Source: the human T2T-CHM13v2.0 reference genome, Homo sapiens. Taken from it: 64,000 nt of DNA. The translations under genes were made by a program, and so were the position numbers. Location of the stretch: the NCBI RefSeq assembly GCF_009914755.1, contig NC_060939.1; one strand, given 5' to 3'. Position 1 is the stretch's first letter; each line of letters begins with the position of its first letter. Below are positions 40,801 through 55,800 of the stretch, piece by piece. The notes below the pieces were generated by a model that saw nothing but the letters and a program-made list of their open reading frames with translations, did no database searches and had not been told where the DNA came from.

Positions 40801-43800
40801 ATGCCATTCCATTCAATTCTGTTCTACTCGACTCCAATACATTCAATTCCATTCCATCCGATTCCATTACATTCTTTTCATTTCTTATCCATTTCAAGCC
40901 ATTCCATTCCATTCCATTCCACTCGTTTCCTTTCCATTCGAGTCCATTCCACTCCAGTCCATTCCATTCGAATCCATTTCACTCCAGTCCATTCCATTCG
41001 AATCCGTTTCACTCCAGTCCATTAAATTCGAGTACATTCCATTCCATTCTATTCAATGCCATTCCATTCGATTCTATTCCATTCGACACCATTCCTTTCC
41101 ATTCCGTTCCATCCGATTCCATTCCATTGTATTCCATTCAATTCCATTCCATTGCATTCCATTCGTTTCCATTCCATTCGAATTCATTCCACTCAAGTCC
41201 ATTCCATTCGAGTCCATTCCATTCGATATCATTCCATACTATTGCATTCCATTCGATTCCATTGTTTTCGAATAAATTCCAACCGAGACCATTCCTTTTG
41301 TGTCCTTTCTATTTGACTGCATTCCATTTGAGTCCATTAAATTTCTGCACATTCCATTCCTTTCCATTCCATTCCATTCCATTCCTTTCGGTGCCATTCC
41401 ATTCCACTCTACTCCATTCAAGTCCATTCCATTTGAGTCCATTCCATTGATTCGATGCCATTACATTCAATTCTATTCCATTCGAATCCATTCCATTCCA
41501 TTTCCTTCCAAACGATTCCATTCCATTCTATTACTTTCTATTCCAATCCATTCCATTCCGTTCCATTCGTTTCCAATCCATTCGAGTCCACTCCATTCCA
41601 GTCCATTCCATTCGATTCCATTCCATTCCAGTCCATTCCATTCAAGTCCATTCCACGGCATTCCATTCCATTCGATATATTTTGATAACACCCCATTCCA
41701 TTCTGCTCCTTACAATTCAATTCAATTCCAGTCCATTTGATTCCATTCCATTTGATTACATTCCATTCGACTCCATTCCATTCGACTCTATTCCATTCGA
41801 GTACATTCCATTCCATTCCATTGCATTCCGTTCGAATCCCTATTCCATTCCATTTTGTTACTGTCCATTCCATTTGAGTCCATTCCATGCCAAACCATTC
41901 CATTCGATTCCATTCCAATAGATTCCATTGCACTCGAATCCAGTGCGTTCCATTCCATTGCTTTCCATTCTATTACATTCCATTGCATTACATTCCATTC
42001 CATTTGATTGCATTCCATTCAATTCCATTAATTTCGAATCAATTACATTGCAATCCATTGCATTAGAGTTCTATTCCAGTCCATTGCATTCTGGCGCATT
42101 CCGTTCCATTCCATTCCATTCGATTCCGTTCCATTCGAATCGATTGCATTGCAATGCTTTACATTCGAGTCCGTTTTATTCCAGTCCAATCCATTCCGGT
42201 CCATTCCGTTTGATTCCATTCTATTCGATGCCACTCCGTACTATTGTATTTCATTCGATTCCATTCTATTCAAATAAATTCCATTCGAGACCATTCCTTT
42301 CATGTCCATTCTATTTGAGTCCATTCCATTCGAGTCCATTATATTTGGGTCCATTCCATTCAATTCCATTGCAATCGATTCCATTCGATGTCACTCCATT
42401 CATTTCTATTCCATTAGAGTCCATGTCATTCGAGTCCATTCCATTCTATTCTATTCCACTCCATTCCATTCCATTCCACTCCATTCCATTCGTTGCCGTT
42501 CCATTCAATTCTATTATATTCCACTCCATTTAATTCCATTCCATTCCATTCCATTCTATTCCATTCTATCCAATTCCGTTCCATTCTATTCCTTTAAAGT
42601 CCATTCCATTCCGTTCCATTCGTTTCCATTCCATTCGAGTAAAGTCCACTCCAGTACTTTCCATTCGAGTCCATTCCTCTCCAGTCCATTCCGTTCAATC
42701 CATTCCATTCCAGTCCATTCCATTCGAGTCCGTTCCATTCCAGTCCATTCCATTCGAGTCAATTCCATTCCATTCGATATCTTTCCATAACGATCCATTC
42801 CATTCTATTCCTTTCGATTCCATTCAATTCCATTCCATTCTATTTCATTCCATTCGATTCCCGTCCATTGGACTCCTTTCCATTCGAGTGCATTCCATTC
42901 CGTTCCATTTCTTTCTGTTCTGTATGATTCCTACCGTTCGATTTCATTTTGTTCCAGTCTATTCCTTTCACGTCCATTCCATTCCATTTCACTCCATTCG
43001 ATTCCATTCCACTCGATTCCCCTCCGTTCCATTTCATTGCATTCCATTCTATTCAATTCTATTGCATTCCATTCCATTCCATTTGATTACATGCCATGCG
43101 ATTCCATTCGAATTCGAATCAATTACATTGAAATCCATTACTATTGAGTCCGTTTTACTCCAGTCCACTCCATTCTGCTCCATTCCATTTGATTCCATTC
43201 CATTCTATTCCATTCCGTACAGTTGCATTCCATTGGATTCCATTCTATATCTATAAATGCAACTCGAGACCATTGCTTTTGAGTCCATTCTATATGATTC
43301 CATTCCATTCAAGTCCATTACATTTGGTTCAATTCCATTCCATTCCATTCCCTTCCATTCCATTCCATTTGATATCAATCCATTCGATTCCATTCCATTC
43401 GAGCACATTCCAATCGAGTCCATTCCATTCGATGCCATTCCATTTGATTCTATTCCATTAGACTCCATTCAATTCCATTAATCTCCATTCCATTCCATTC
43501 TACTCCAACTGATTCCATTCCATTCTATTCCTTTCCATTCCATTCCATTCCATTCGCTTCTATTCCATTCGTGTCCATTCCACTCCAGTCCATTCCATTC
43601 GTGTGCATTCCATTCCAGTCCATTCCATTTGTGTCCACTGCATTCCATTCCACTCCATTCCATATTATTCCATTACACTCCATTCCATTCTATTACTTTC
43701 ATTTCCATTCAGTTCCATTCCATTTGATTCCATTCCACTCGGTTTCACTCCATTTGAGTCCATTCCATTCCATTCCATTCCATTCTGTTCCATTCCATTC

Positions 43801-46800
43801 CATTCCATTCCATTCCATTCCATTCGGTACCATTCCATATTGTTCCATTCGATTCCATTCGAATCCATTCCATTCCAGTCCATTCCATTCGATTCCATTC
43901 CATTCCTTTCAATTCCATTCCATTCCATTCGATTCCACTTGATTCCACTCCATTCCCTTCCACTGCATTCCATTCGATTCCATTCCATTGCATTGCATTC
44001 CATTCCATTGGATTGCATTCCATTCGATTCCATTCCATTCGAATCAATTACATAGCAATCCATTACATTCGAGTCTGTTCTATTCCGTTGCACTCGATTT
44101 CGTTCCAATCCATTCGATTCCATTCCATTCGATTCCATTCCATACTATTGCATTCCATTCGATTAAATTATATTCGAATAAATTCCATTCAAGACCATTT
44201 CTGTTGAGTCCATTCTACTTGAGTCCATTCCCTTTGATTCCATAACATTTGAGTCCATTCAATTCCATTCCTTTCGTTTCCATTCCATTTGATGCCATTC
44301 CATTCAATTCTGTTCTACTCGACTCCAATACATTCAATTCCATTCCAACCGATTCCATTACATTCTTTTCATTTCTTATCCATTTCAAGCCATTCCATTC
44401 CATTCCATTCCACTCGTTTCCTTTCCATTCGAGTCCATTCCACTCCAGTCCATTCCATTCGAATCCATTTCACTCCAGTCCATTCCATTCGAATCCGTTT
44501 CACTCCAGTCCATTAAATTCGAGTACATTCCATTCCATTCTATTCAATGCCATTCCATTCGATTCTATTCCATTCGACACCATTCCTTTCCATTCCGTTC
44601 CATCCGATTCCATTCCATTGTATTCCATTCAATTGCATTCCATTCGTTTCCATTCCATTCGATTTCATTCCACTCAAGTCCATTCCATTCGAGTCCATTC
44701 CATTCGATATCATTCCATACTATTGCATTCCATTCGATTCCATTGTTTTCGAATAAATTCCAACCGAGACCATTCCTTTTGTGTCCTTTCTATTTGACTG
44801 CATTCCATTTGAGTCCATTAAATTTCTGCACATTCCATTCCTTTCCATTCCTTTCCATTCCATTCCTTTCGGTGCCATTCCATTCCACTCTACTCCATTC
44901 AAGTCCATTCCATTTGAGTCCATTCCATTGATTCGATGCCATTACATTCAATTCTATTTCATTCGAATCCATTCCATTCCATTTCCTTCCAAACGATTCC
45001 ATTCCATTCTATTACTTTCTATTCCAATCCATTCCATTTCGTTCCATTCGTTTCCATTCCATTCGAGTCCACTCCATTCCAGTCCATTCCATTCGATTCC
45101 ATTCCATTCCAGTCCATTCCATTCAAGTCCATTCCACTCCATTCCATTCCATTCGATATCTTTTGATAACACCCCATTCCATTCTGCTCCTTACAATTCA
45201 ATTCAATTCCAGTCCATTTGATTCCATTCCATTTGATTACATTCCATTCGACTCCATTCCATTCGACTCTATTCCATTCGAGTCCATTCCATTCCATTCC
45301 ATTGCATTCCGTTCGAATCCCTATTCCATTCCATTTTGTTACTGTCCATTCCATTTGAGTCCATTCCATGCCAAACCATTCCATTCGATTCCATTCCAAT
45401 AGATTCCATTGCACTCGAATCCAGTGCGTTCCATTCCATTGCTTTCCATTCCATTACATTCCATTGCATTACATTCCATTCCATTTGATTGCATTCCATT
45501 CAATTCCATTAATTTCGAATCAATTACATTGCAATCCATTGCATTCGAGTTCTATTCCAGTCCATTGCATTCCGGCGCATTCCGTTCCATTCCATTCCAT
45601 TCGATTCCGTTCCATTCGAATCGATTGCATTGCAATGCATTACATTCGAGTCCGTTTTATTCCAGTCCAATCCATTCCGGTCCATTCCGTTCGATTCCAT
45701 TCCATTCGATGCCACTCCATACTATTGTATTTCATTCGATTCCATTCTATTCAAATAAATTCCATTCGAGACCATTCCTTTCATGTCCATTCTATTTGAG
45801 TCCATTCCATTCGAGTCCATTATATTTGGGTCCATTCCGTTCAATTCCATTGCAATCGATTCCATTCGATGTCACTCCATTCATTTCTATTCCATTAGAG
45901 TCCATGTCATTCGAGTCCATTCCATTCTATTCTATTCCACTCCATTCCATTCCATTCCATTCCATTCCATTCGTTGCCGTTCCATTCAATTCTATTATAT
46001 TCCACTCCATTTAATTCCATTCCATTCCATTCCATTCCATTCTATTCCATTCTATCCAATTCCGTTCCATTCTATTCCTTTAAAGTCCATTCCATTCCAT
46101 TCCATTCGTTTCCATTCCATTCGAGTAAAGTCCACTCCAGTCCTTTCCATTCGAGTCCATTCCTCTCCAGTCCATTCCGTTCAATCCATTCCATTCCAGT
46201 CCATTCCATTCGAGTCCGTTCCATTCCAGTCCATTCCATTCGAGTCAATTCCATTCCATTCGATATCTTTCCATAACGATCCATTCCATTCTATTCCTTT
46301 CGATTCCATTCAATTCCATTCCATTCTATTCCCTTCCATTGGACTCCTTTCCATTCGAGTGCATTGCATTCCGTTCCATTTCTTTCTGTTCTGTATGATT
46401 CCTACCGTTCGATTTCATTTTGTTCCAGTCTATTCCTTTCACGTCCATTCCATTCCATTTCACTCCATTCGATTCCATTCCACTCGATTCCCCTCCGTTC
46501 CATTTCATTGCATTCCATTCTATTCAATTCTATTGCATTCCATTCCATTCCATTTGATTACATTCCATGCGATTCCATTCGAATTCAAATCAATTACATT
46601 GAAATCCATTACTATTGAGTCCGTTTTACTCCAGTCCACTCCATTCTGCTCCATTCCATTTGATTCCATTCCATTCTATTCCATTCTGTACAGTTGCATT
46701 CCATTGGATTCCATTCTATATCTATAAATGCAACTCGAGACCATTGCTTTTGAGTCCATTCTATATGATTCCATTCCATTCAAGTCCATTACATTTGGTT

Positions 46801-46850
46801 CAATTCCATTCCATTCCATTCCCTTCCATTCCATTCCATTTGATATCAAT
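34870..46850 (+). repeat. ~11.98-kb tandem duplication, copy 1
   Basis: KpnI offsets 35320->47297 (11977), 36854->48836 (11982), 40335->52325 (11990) and 43826->55816 (11990). Private variants are shared in register (e.g. TAAATGCGAG 37542/49524, CATTCTTGTCC ~40080/52071). Confidence 0.88.
35320..36853 (+). repeat. Deleted/chimeric unit (1534 bp), junction ~35526-35535
   Basis: GGATTGCATTCCATTCGATTCCATTCCATTC|TATCCAATTCCG joins unit-1-equivalent 553 to 2541 (~1.99 kb missing). Confidence 0.9.
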
Positions 46851-49800
46851 CCATTCGATTCCGTTCCATTCGAGCACATTCCAATCGAGTCCATTCCATT
46901 TGATGCCATTCCATTTGATTCTATTCCATTAGACTCCATTCAATTCCATTAATCTCCATTCCATTCCATTCTACTCCAACTGATTCCATTCCATTCTATT
47001 CCTTTCCATTCCATTCCATTCCATTCGCTTCTATTCTATTCGTGTCCATTCCACTCCACTCCATTCCATTCGTGTCCATTCCATTCCAGTCCATTCCATT
47101 TGTGTCCACTGCATTCCATTCCACTCCATTCCATATTATTCCATTACACTCCATTCCATTCTTTTACTTTCATTTGCATTCAGTTCCATTCCATTTGATT
47201 CCATTCCACTCGGTTTCACTCCATTTGAGTCCATTCCATTCCATTCCATTCCATTCTGTTCCATTCCATTCCATTCCATTCCATTCCATTCCATTCGGTA
47301 CCATTCCATACTGTTCCATTCGATTCCATTCGAATCCATTCCATTCCAGTCCATTCCATTCGATTCCATTCCATTCCTTTCAATTCCATTCCATTCCATT
47401 CGATTCCACTTGATTCCACTCCATTCCATTCCACTGCATTCCATTCGATTCCATTCCATTGCATTGCATTCCATTCCATTGGATTGCATTCCATTCGATT
47501 CCATTCCATTCTATCCAATTCCGTTCCATTCTATTCCTTTAAAGTCCATTCCATTCCATTCCATTCGTTTCCATTCCATTCGAGTAAAGTCCACTCCAGT
47601 CCTTTCCATTCGAGTCCATTCCTCTCCAGTCCATTCCGTTCAATCCATTCCATTCCAGTCCATTCCATTCGAGTCCGTTCCACTCCAGTCCATTCCATTC
47701 GAGTCAATTCCATTCCATTCGATGTCTTTCCATAACGATCCATTCCATTCTATTCCTTTCGATTCCATTCAGTTCTATTTCATTCCATTCGATTCCCTTC
47801 CATTGGACTGCTTTCCATTCGAGTGCATTCCATTCCGTTCCATTTCTTTCCGTTCTGTACGATTCCTACCGTTCGATTTCATTTTGTTCCAGTCCATTCC
47901 TTTCGCGTCCATTCCATTCCATTTCACTCCATTCGATTCCATTCCATTCGATTCCATTCCACTCGATTCCACTTCGTTCCATTTCATTGCATTCCATTCT
48001 ATTCAACTCTATTTCCTTCCATTCCATTCCATTCGATTACATTCCATGCGATTCCATTCGACATCGAATCAATTACATTGCAATCCATTACTATTGAGTC
48101 CGTTTTATTCCAGTCCACTGCATTCTGGTCCATTCCATTTGATTCCATTCCATTCTATTCCATTCCATACAGTTGCATTCCATAGGATTCCATTCTATAT
48201 CTATAAATTCAATTCGAGACCATTGCTTTGGAGTCCATTCTATATGATTCCATTCCATTCATGTCCATTACATTTGGGTCCATTCCATTCCATTCCATTA
48301 ACTTCCATTCCATTCCATTTGATATCAATCCATTCGATTCCATTCCATTCGAGCACATTCCATTCGAGTCCATTCCATTCGATGCCATTCCATTTGATTC
48401 TATTCCATTAGTCTCCATTCAATTCCATTAATCTCCATTCCATTCCATTCTACTCCAACTGATTCAATTCCATTCTATTGCTTTCCATTCCATTTCATTC
48501 CATTAGGTTCTATTTCATTCCATTTCATTCCATTCCATTCCATTTCATTCCATTCCATTCCATTCGCATCCATTCCTTTCGTGTCCATTCCACTCCAGTC
48601 CATTCCATTCGTATGCATTCCATTCCAGTCCATTCCATTTGTGTCCACTGCATTCCATTCCACTCCATTCCATATTATTCCATTACACTCCATTCCATTC
48701 TATTACTTTCATTTCCATTCAGTTCCATTCCATTTGATTCCATTCCACTCGGTTTCACTCCATTTGAGTCCATTCCATTCCATTCCATTCCATTCTGTTC
48801 CATTCCATTCCATTCCATTCCATTCCATTCCATTCGGTACCATTCCATATTGTTCCATTCGATTCCATTCGAATCCATTCCATTCCAGTCCATTCCATTC
48901 GATTCCATTCCATTCCTTTCAATTCCATTCCATTCCATTCGATTCCACTTGATTCCACTCCATTCCCTTCCACTGCATTCCATTCGATTCCATTCCATTG
49001 CATTGCATTCCATTCCATTGGATTGCATTCCATTCGATTCCATTCCATTCGAATCAATTACATAGCAATCCATTACATTCGAGTCTGTTCTATTCCGTTG
49101 CACTCGATTTCGTTCCAATCCATTCGATTCCATTCCATTCGATTCCATTCCATACTATTGCATTCCATTCGATTAAATTATATTCGAATAAATTCCATTC
49201 AAGACCATTTCTGTTGAGTCCATTCTACTTGAGACCATTCTCTTTGATTCCATAACATTTGAGTCCATTCAATTCCATTCCTTTCGTTTCCATTCCATTT
49301 GATGCCATTCCATTCAATTCTGTTCTACTCGACTCCAATACATTCAATTCCATTCCATCCGATTCCATTACATTCTTTTCATTTCTTATCCATTTCAAGC
49401 CATTCCATTCCATTCCATTCCACTCGTTTCCTTTCCATTCGAGTCCATTCCTCTCCAGTCCATTCCATTCGAATCCATTTCACTCCAGTCCATTCCTTTC
49501 GAATCCGTTTCACTCCAGTCCATTAAATGCGAGTACATTCCATTCCATTCTATTCAATGCCATTCCATTCGATTCTATTCCATTCGACACCATTCCTTTC
49601 CATTCCGTTCCATCCGATTCCATTCCATTGTATTCCATTCAATTCCATTCCATTCGTTTCCATTCCATTCGAATTCATTCCACTCAAGTCCATTCCATTC
49701 GAGTCCATTCCATTCGATATCATTCCATACTATTGCATTCCATTCGATTCCATTGTTTTCGAATAAATTCCAACCGAGACCATTCCTTTTGTGTCCTTTC

Positions 49801-52800
49801 TATTTGACTGCATTCCATTTGAGTCCATTAAATTTCTGCACATTCCATTCCTTTCCATTCCTTTCCATTCCATTCCTTTCGGTGCCATTCCATTCCACTC
49901 TACTCCATTCAAGTCCATTCCATTTGAGTCCATTCCATTGATTCGATGCCATTACATTCAATTCTATTTCATTCGAATCCATTCCATTCCATTTCCTTCC
50001 AAACGATTCCATTCCATTCTATTACTTTCTATTCCAATCCATTCCATTTCGTTCCATTCGTTTCCATTCCATTCGAGTCCACTCCATTCCAGTCCATTCC
50101 ATTCGATTCCATTCCATTCCAGTCCATTCCATTCAAGTCCATTCCACTCCATTCCATTCCATTCGATATCTTTTGATAACACCCCATTCCATTCTGCTCC
50201 TTACAATTCAATTCAATTCCAGTCCATTTGATTCCATTCCATTTGATTACATTCCATTCGACTCCATTCCATTCGACTCTATTCCATTCGAGTCCATTCC
50301 ATTCCATTCCATTCCATTGCATTCCGTTCGAATCCCTATTCCATTCCATTTTGTTACTGTCCATTCCATTTGAGTCCATTCCATGCCAAACCATTCCATT
50401 CGATTCCATTCCAATAGATTCCATTGCACTCGAATCCAGTGCGTTCCATTCCATTGCTTTCCATTCTATTACATTCCATTGCATTACATTCCATTCCATT
50501 TGATTGCATTCCATTCAATTCCATTAATTTCGAATCAATTACATTGCAATCCATTGCATTCGAGTTCTATTCCAGTCCATTGCATTCCGGCGCATTCCGT
50601 TCCATTCCATTCCATTCGATTCCGTTCCATTCGAATCGATTGCATTGCAATGCATTACATTCGAGTCCGTTTTATTCCAGTCCAATCCATTCCGGTCCAT
50701 TCCGTTCGATTCCATTCCATTCGATGCCACTCCATACTATTGTATTTCATTTGATTCCATTCTATTCAAATAAATTCCGTTCGAGACCATTCCTTTCATG
50801 TCCATTCTATTTGAGTCCATTCCATTCGAGTCCATTATATTTGGGTCCATTCCGTTCAATTCCATTGCAATCGATTCCATTCGATGTCACTCCATTCATT
50901 TCTATTCCATTAGAGTCCATGTCATTCGAGTCCATTCCATTCTATTCTATTCCACTCCATTCCATTCCATTCCACTCCATTCCATTCGTTGCCGTTCCAT
51001 TCAATTCTATTATATTCCACTCCATTAATTCCATTCCATTCCATTCCATTCTATTCCATTCTGTCCAATTCCGTTCCATTCTATTCCTTTAAAGTCCATT
51101 CCATTCCATTCCATTCGTTTCCATTCCATTCGAGTAAAGTCCACTCCAGTCCTTTCCATTCGAGTCCATTCCTCTCCAGTCCATTCCGTTCAATCCATTC
51201 CATTCCAGTCCATTCCATTCGAGTCCGTTCCATTCCAGTCCATTCCATTCGAGTCAATTCCATTCCATTCAATATCTTTCCATAACGATCCATTCCATTC
51301 TATTCCTTTCGATTCCATTCAATTCCATTCCATTCTATTTCATTCCATTCGATTCCCTTCCATTGGACTCCTTTCCATTCGAGTGCATTCCATTCCGTTC
51401 CATTTCTTTCTGTTCTGTATGATTCCTACCGTTCGATTTCATTTTGTTCCAGTCTATTCCTTTCACGTCCATTCCATTCCATTTCACTCCATTCGATTCC
51501 ATTCCACTCGATTCCCCTCCGTTCCATTTCATTGCATTCCATTCTATTCAATTCTATTGCATTCCATTCCATTCCATTTGATTACATTCCATGCGATTCC
51601 ATTCGAATTCGAATCAATTACATTGAAATCCATTACTATTGAGTCCGTTTTACTCCAGTCCACTCCATTCTGCTCCATTCCATTTGATTCCATTCCATTC
51701 TATTCCATTCCGTACAGTTGCATTCCATTGGATTCCATTCTATATCTATAAATGCAACTCGAGACCATTGCTTTTGAGTCCATTCTATATGATTCCATTC
51801 CATTCAAGTCCATTACATTTGGTTCAATTCCATTCCATTCCATTCCCTTCCATTCCATTCCATTTGATATCAATCCATTCGATTCCATTCCATTCGAGCA
51901 CATTCCAATCGAGTCCATTCCATTCGATGCCATTCCATTTGATTCTATTCCATTAGACTCCATTCAATTCCATTAATCTCCATTCCATTCCATTCTACTC
52001 CAACTGATTCCATTCCATTCCATTTCATTCCATTCCATTCCATTCCATTCCATTCCATTCCATTCCATTCCATTCTTGTCCATTCCACTCCAGTCCATTC
52101 CATTCGTGTCCATTCCATTCCAGTCCATTCCATTTGTGTCCACTGCATTCCATTCCACTCCATTCCATATTATTCCATTACACTCCATTCATTCTATTAC
52201 TTTCATTTCCATTCAGTTCCATTCCATTTGATTCCATTCCACTCGGTTTCACTCCATTTGAGTCCATTCCATTCCATTCCATTCCATTCTGTTCCATTCC
52301 ATTCCATTCCATTCCATTCCATTCGGTACCATTCCATATTGTTCCATTCGATTCCATTCGAATCCATTCCATTCCAGTCCATTCCATTCGATTCCATTCC
52401 ATTCCTTTCAATTCCATTCCATTCCATTCGATTCCACTTGATTCCACTCCATTCCCTTCCACTGCATTCCATTCGATTCCATTCCATTGCATTGCATTCC
52501 ATTCCATTGGATTGCATTCCATTCGATTCCATTCCATTCGAATCAATTACATAGCAATCCATTACATTCGAGTCTGTTCTATTCCGTTGCACTCGATTTC
52601 GTTCCAATCCATTCGATTCCATTCCATTCGATTCCATTCCATACTATTGCATTCCATTCGATTAAGTTATATTCGAATAAATTCCATTCAAGACCATGTC
52701 TGTTGAGTCCATTCTACTTGAGTCCATTCCCTTTGATTCCATAACATTTGAGTCCATTCAATTCCATTCCTTTCGTTTCCATTCCATTTGATGCCATTCC

Positions 52801-55800
52801 ATTCAATTCTGTTCTACTCGACTCCAATACATTCAATTCCATTCCATCCGATTCCATTACATTCTTTTCATTTCTTATCCATTTCAAGCCATTCCATTCC
52901 ATTCCATTCCACTCGTTTCCTTTCCATTCGAGTCCATTCCACTCCAGTCCATTCCATTCGAATCCATTTCACTCCAGTCCATTCCATTCGAATCCGTTTC
53001 ACTCCAGTCCATTAAATTCGAGTACATTCCATTCCATTCTATTCAATGCCATTCCATTGGATTCTATTCCATTCGACACCATTCCTTTCCATTCCGTTCC
53101 ATCCGATTCCATTCCATTGTATTCCATTCAATTCCATTCCATTGCATTCCATTCGTTTCCATTCCATTCGAATTCATTCCACTCAAGTCCATTCCATTCG
53201 AGTCCATTCCATTCGATATCATTCCATACTATTGCATTCCATTCGATTCCATTGTTTTCGAATAAATTCCAACCGAGACCATTCCTTTTGTGTCCTTTCT
53301 ATTTGACTGCATTCCATTTGAGTCCATTAAATTTCTGCACATTCCATTCCTTTCCATTCCATTCCATTCCATTCCTTTCGGTGCCATTCCATTCCACTCT
53401 ACTCCATTCAAGTCCATTCCATTTGAGTCCATTCCATTGATTCGATGCCATTACATTCAATTCTATTCCATTCGAATCCATTCCATTCCATTTCCTTCCA
53501 AACGATTCCATTCCATTCTATTACTTTCTATTCCAATCCATTCCATTCCGTTCCATTCGTTTCCAATCCATTCGAGTCCACTCCATTCCAGTCCATTCCA
53601 TTCGATTCCATTCCATTCCAGTCCATTCCATTCAAGTCCATTCCACGGCATTCCATTCCATTCGATATATTTTGATAACACCCCATTCCATTCTGCTCCT
53701 TACAATTCAATTCAATTCCAGTCCATTTGATTCCATTCCATTTGATTACATTCCATTCGACTCCATTCCATTCGACTCTATTCCATTCGAGTACATTCCA
53801 TTCCATTCCATTGCATTCCGTTCGAATCCCTATTCCATTCCATTTTGTTACTGTCCATTCCATTTGAGTCCATTCCATGCCAAACCATTCCATTCGATTC
53901 CATTCCAATAGATTCCATTGCACTCGAATCCAGTGCGTTCCATTCCATTGCTTTCCATTCTATTACATTCCATTGCATTACATTCCATTCCATTTGATTG
54001 CATTCCATTCAATTCCATTAATTTCGAATCAATTACATTGCAATCCATTGCATTAGAGTTCTATTCCAGTCCATTGCATTCTGGCGCATTCCGTTCCATT
54101 CCATTCCATTCGATTCCGTTCCATTCGAATCGATTGCATTGCAATGCTTTACATTCGAGTCCGTTTTATTCCAGTCCAATCCATTCCGGTCCATTCCGTT
54201 TGATTCCATTCTATTCGATGCCACTCCGTACTATTGTATTTCATTCGATTCCATTCTATTCAAATAAATTCCATTCGAGACCATTCCTTTCATGTCCATT
54301 CTATTTGAGTCCATTCCATTCGAGTCCATTATATTTGGGTCCATTCCATTCAATTCCATTGCAATCGATTCCATTCGATGTCACTCCATTCATTTCTATT
54401 CCATTAGAGTCCATGTCATTCGAGTCCATTCCATTCTATTCTATTCCACTCCATTCCATTCCATTCCACTCCATTCCATTCGTTGCCGTTCCATTCAATT
54501 CTATTATATTCCACTCCATTTAATTCCATTCCATTCCATTCCATTCTATTCCATTCTATCCAATTCCGTTCCATTCTATTCCTTTAAAGTCCATTCCATT
54601 CCGTTCCATTCGTTTCCATTCCATTCGAGTAAAGTCCACTCCAGTACTTTCCATTCGAGTCCATTCCTCTCCAGTCCATTCCGTTCAATCCATTCCATTC
54701 CAGTCCATTCCATTCGAGTCCGTTCCATTCCAGTCCATTCCATTCGAGTCAATTCCATTCCATTCGATATCTTTCCATAACGATCCATTCCATTCTATTC
54801 CTTTCGATTCCATTCAATTCCATTCCATTCTATTTCATTCCATTCGATTCCCGTCCATTGGACTCCTTTCCATTCGAGTGCATTCCATTCCGTTCCATTT
54901 CTTTCTGTTCTGTATGATTCCTACCGTTCGATTTCATTTTGTTCCAGTCTATTCCTTTCACGTCCATTCCATTCCATTTCACTCCATTCGATTCCATTCC
55001 ACTCGATTCCCCTCCGTTCCATTTCATTGCATTCCATTCTATTCAATTCTATTGCATTCCATTCCATTCCATTTGATTACATGCCATGCGATTCCATTCG
55101 AATTCGAATCAATTACATTGAAATCCATTACTATTGAGTCCGTTTTACTCCAGTCCACTCCATTCTGCTCCATTCCATTTGATTCCATTCCATTCTATTC
55201 CATTCCGTACAGTTGCATTCCATTGGATTCCATTCTATATCTATAAATGCAACTCGAGACCATTGCTTTTGAGTCCATTCTATATGATTCCATTCCATTC
55301 AAGTACATTACATTTGGTTCAATTCCATTCCATTCCATTCCCTTCCATTCCATTCCATTTGATATCAATCCATTCGATTCCATTCCATTCGAGCACATTC
55401 CAATCGAGTCCATTCCATTCGATGCCATTCCATTTGATTCTATTCCATTAGACTCCATTCAATTCCATTAATCTCCATTCCATTCCATTCTACTCCAACT
55501 GATTCCATTCCATTCTATTCCTTTCCATTCCATTCCATTCCATTCGCTTCTATTCCATTCGTGTCCATTCCACTCCAGTCCATTCCATTCGTGTGCATTC
55601 CATTCCAGTCCATTCCATTTGTGTCCACTGCATTCCATTCCACTCCATTCCATATTATTCCATTACACTCCATTCCATTCTATTACTTTCATTTCCATTC
55701 AGTTCCATTCCATTTGATTCCATTCCACTCGGTTTCACTCCATTTGAGTCCATTCCATTCCATTCCATTCCATTCTGTTCCATTCCATTCCATTCCATTC

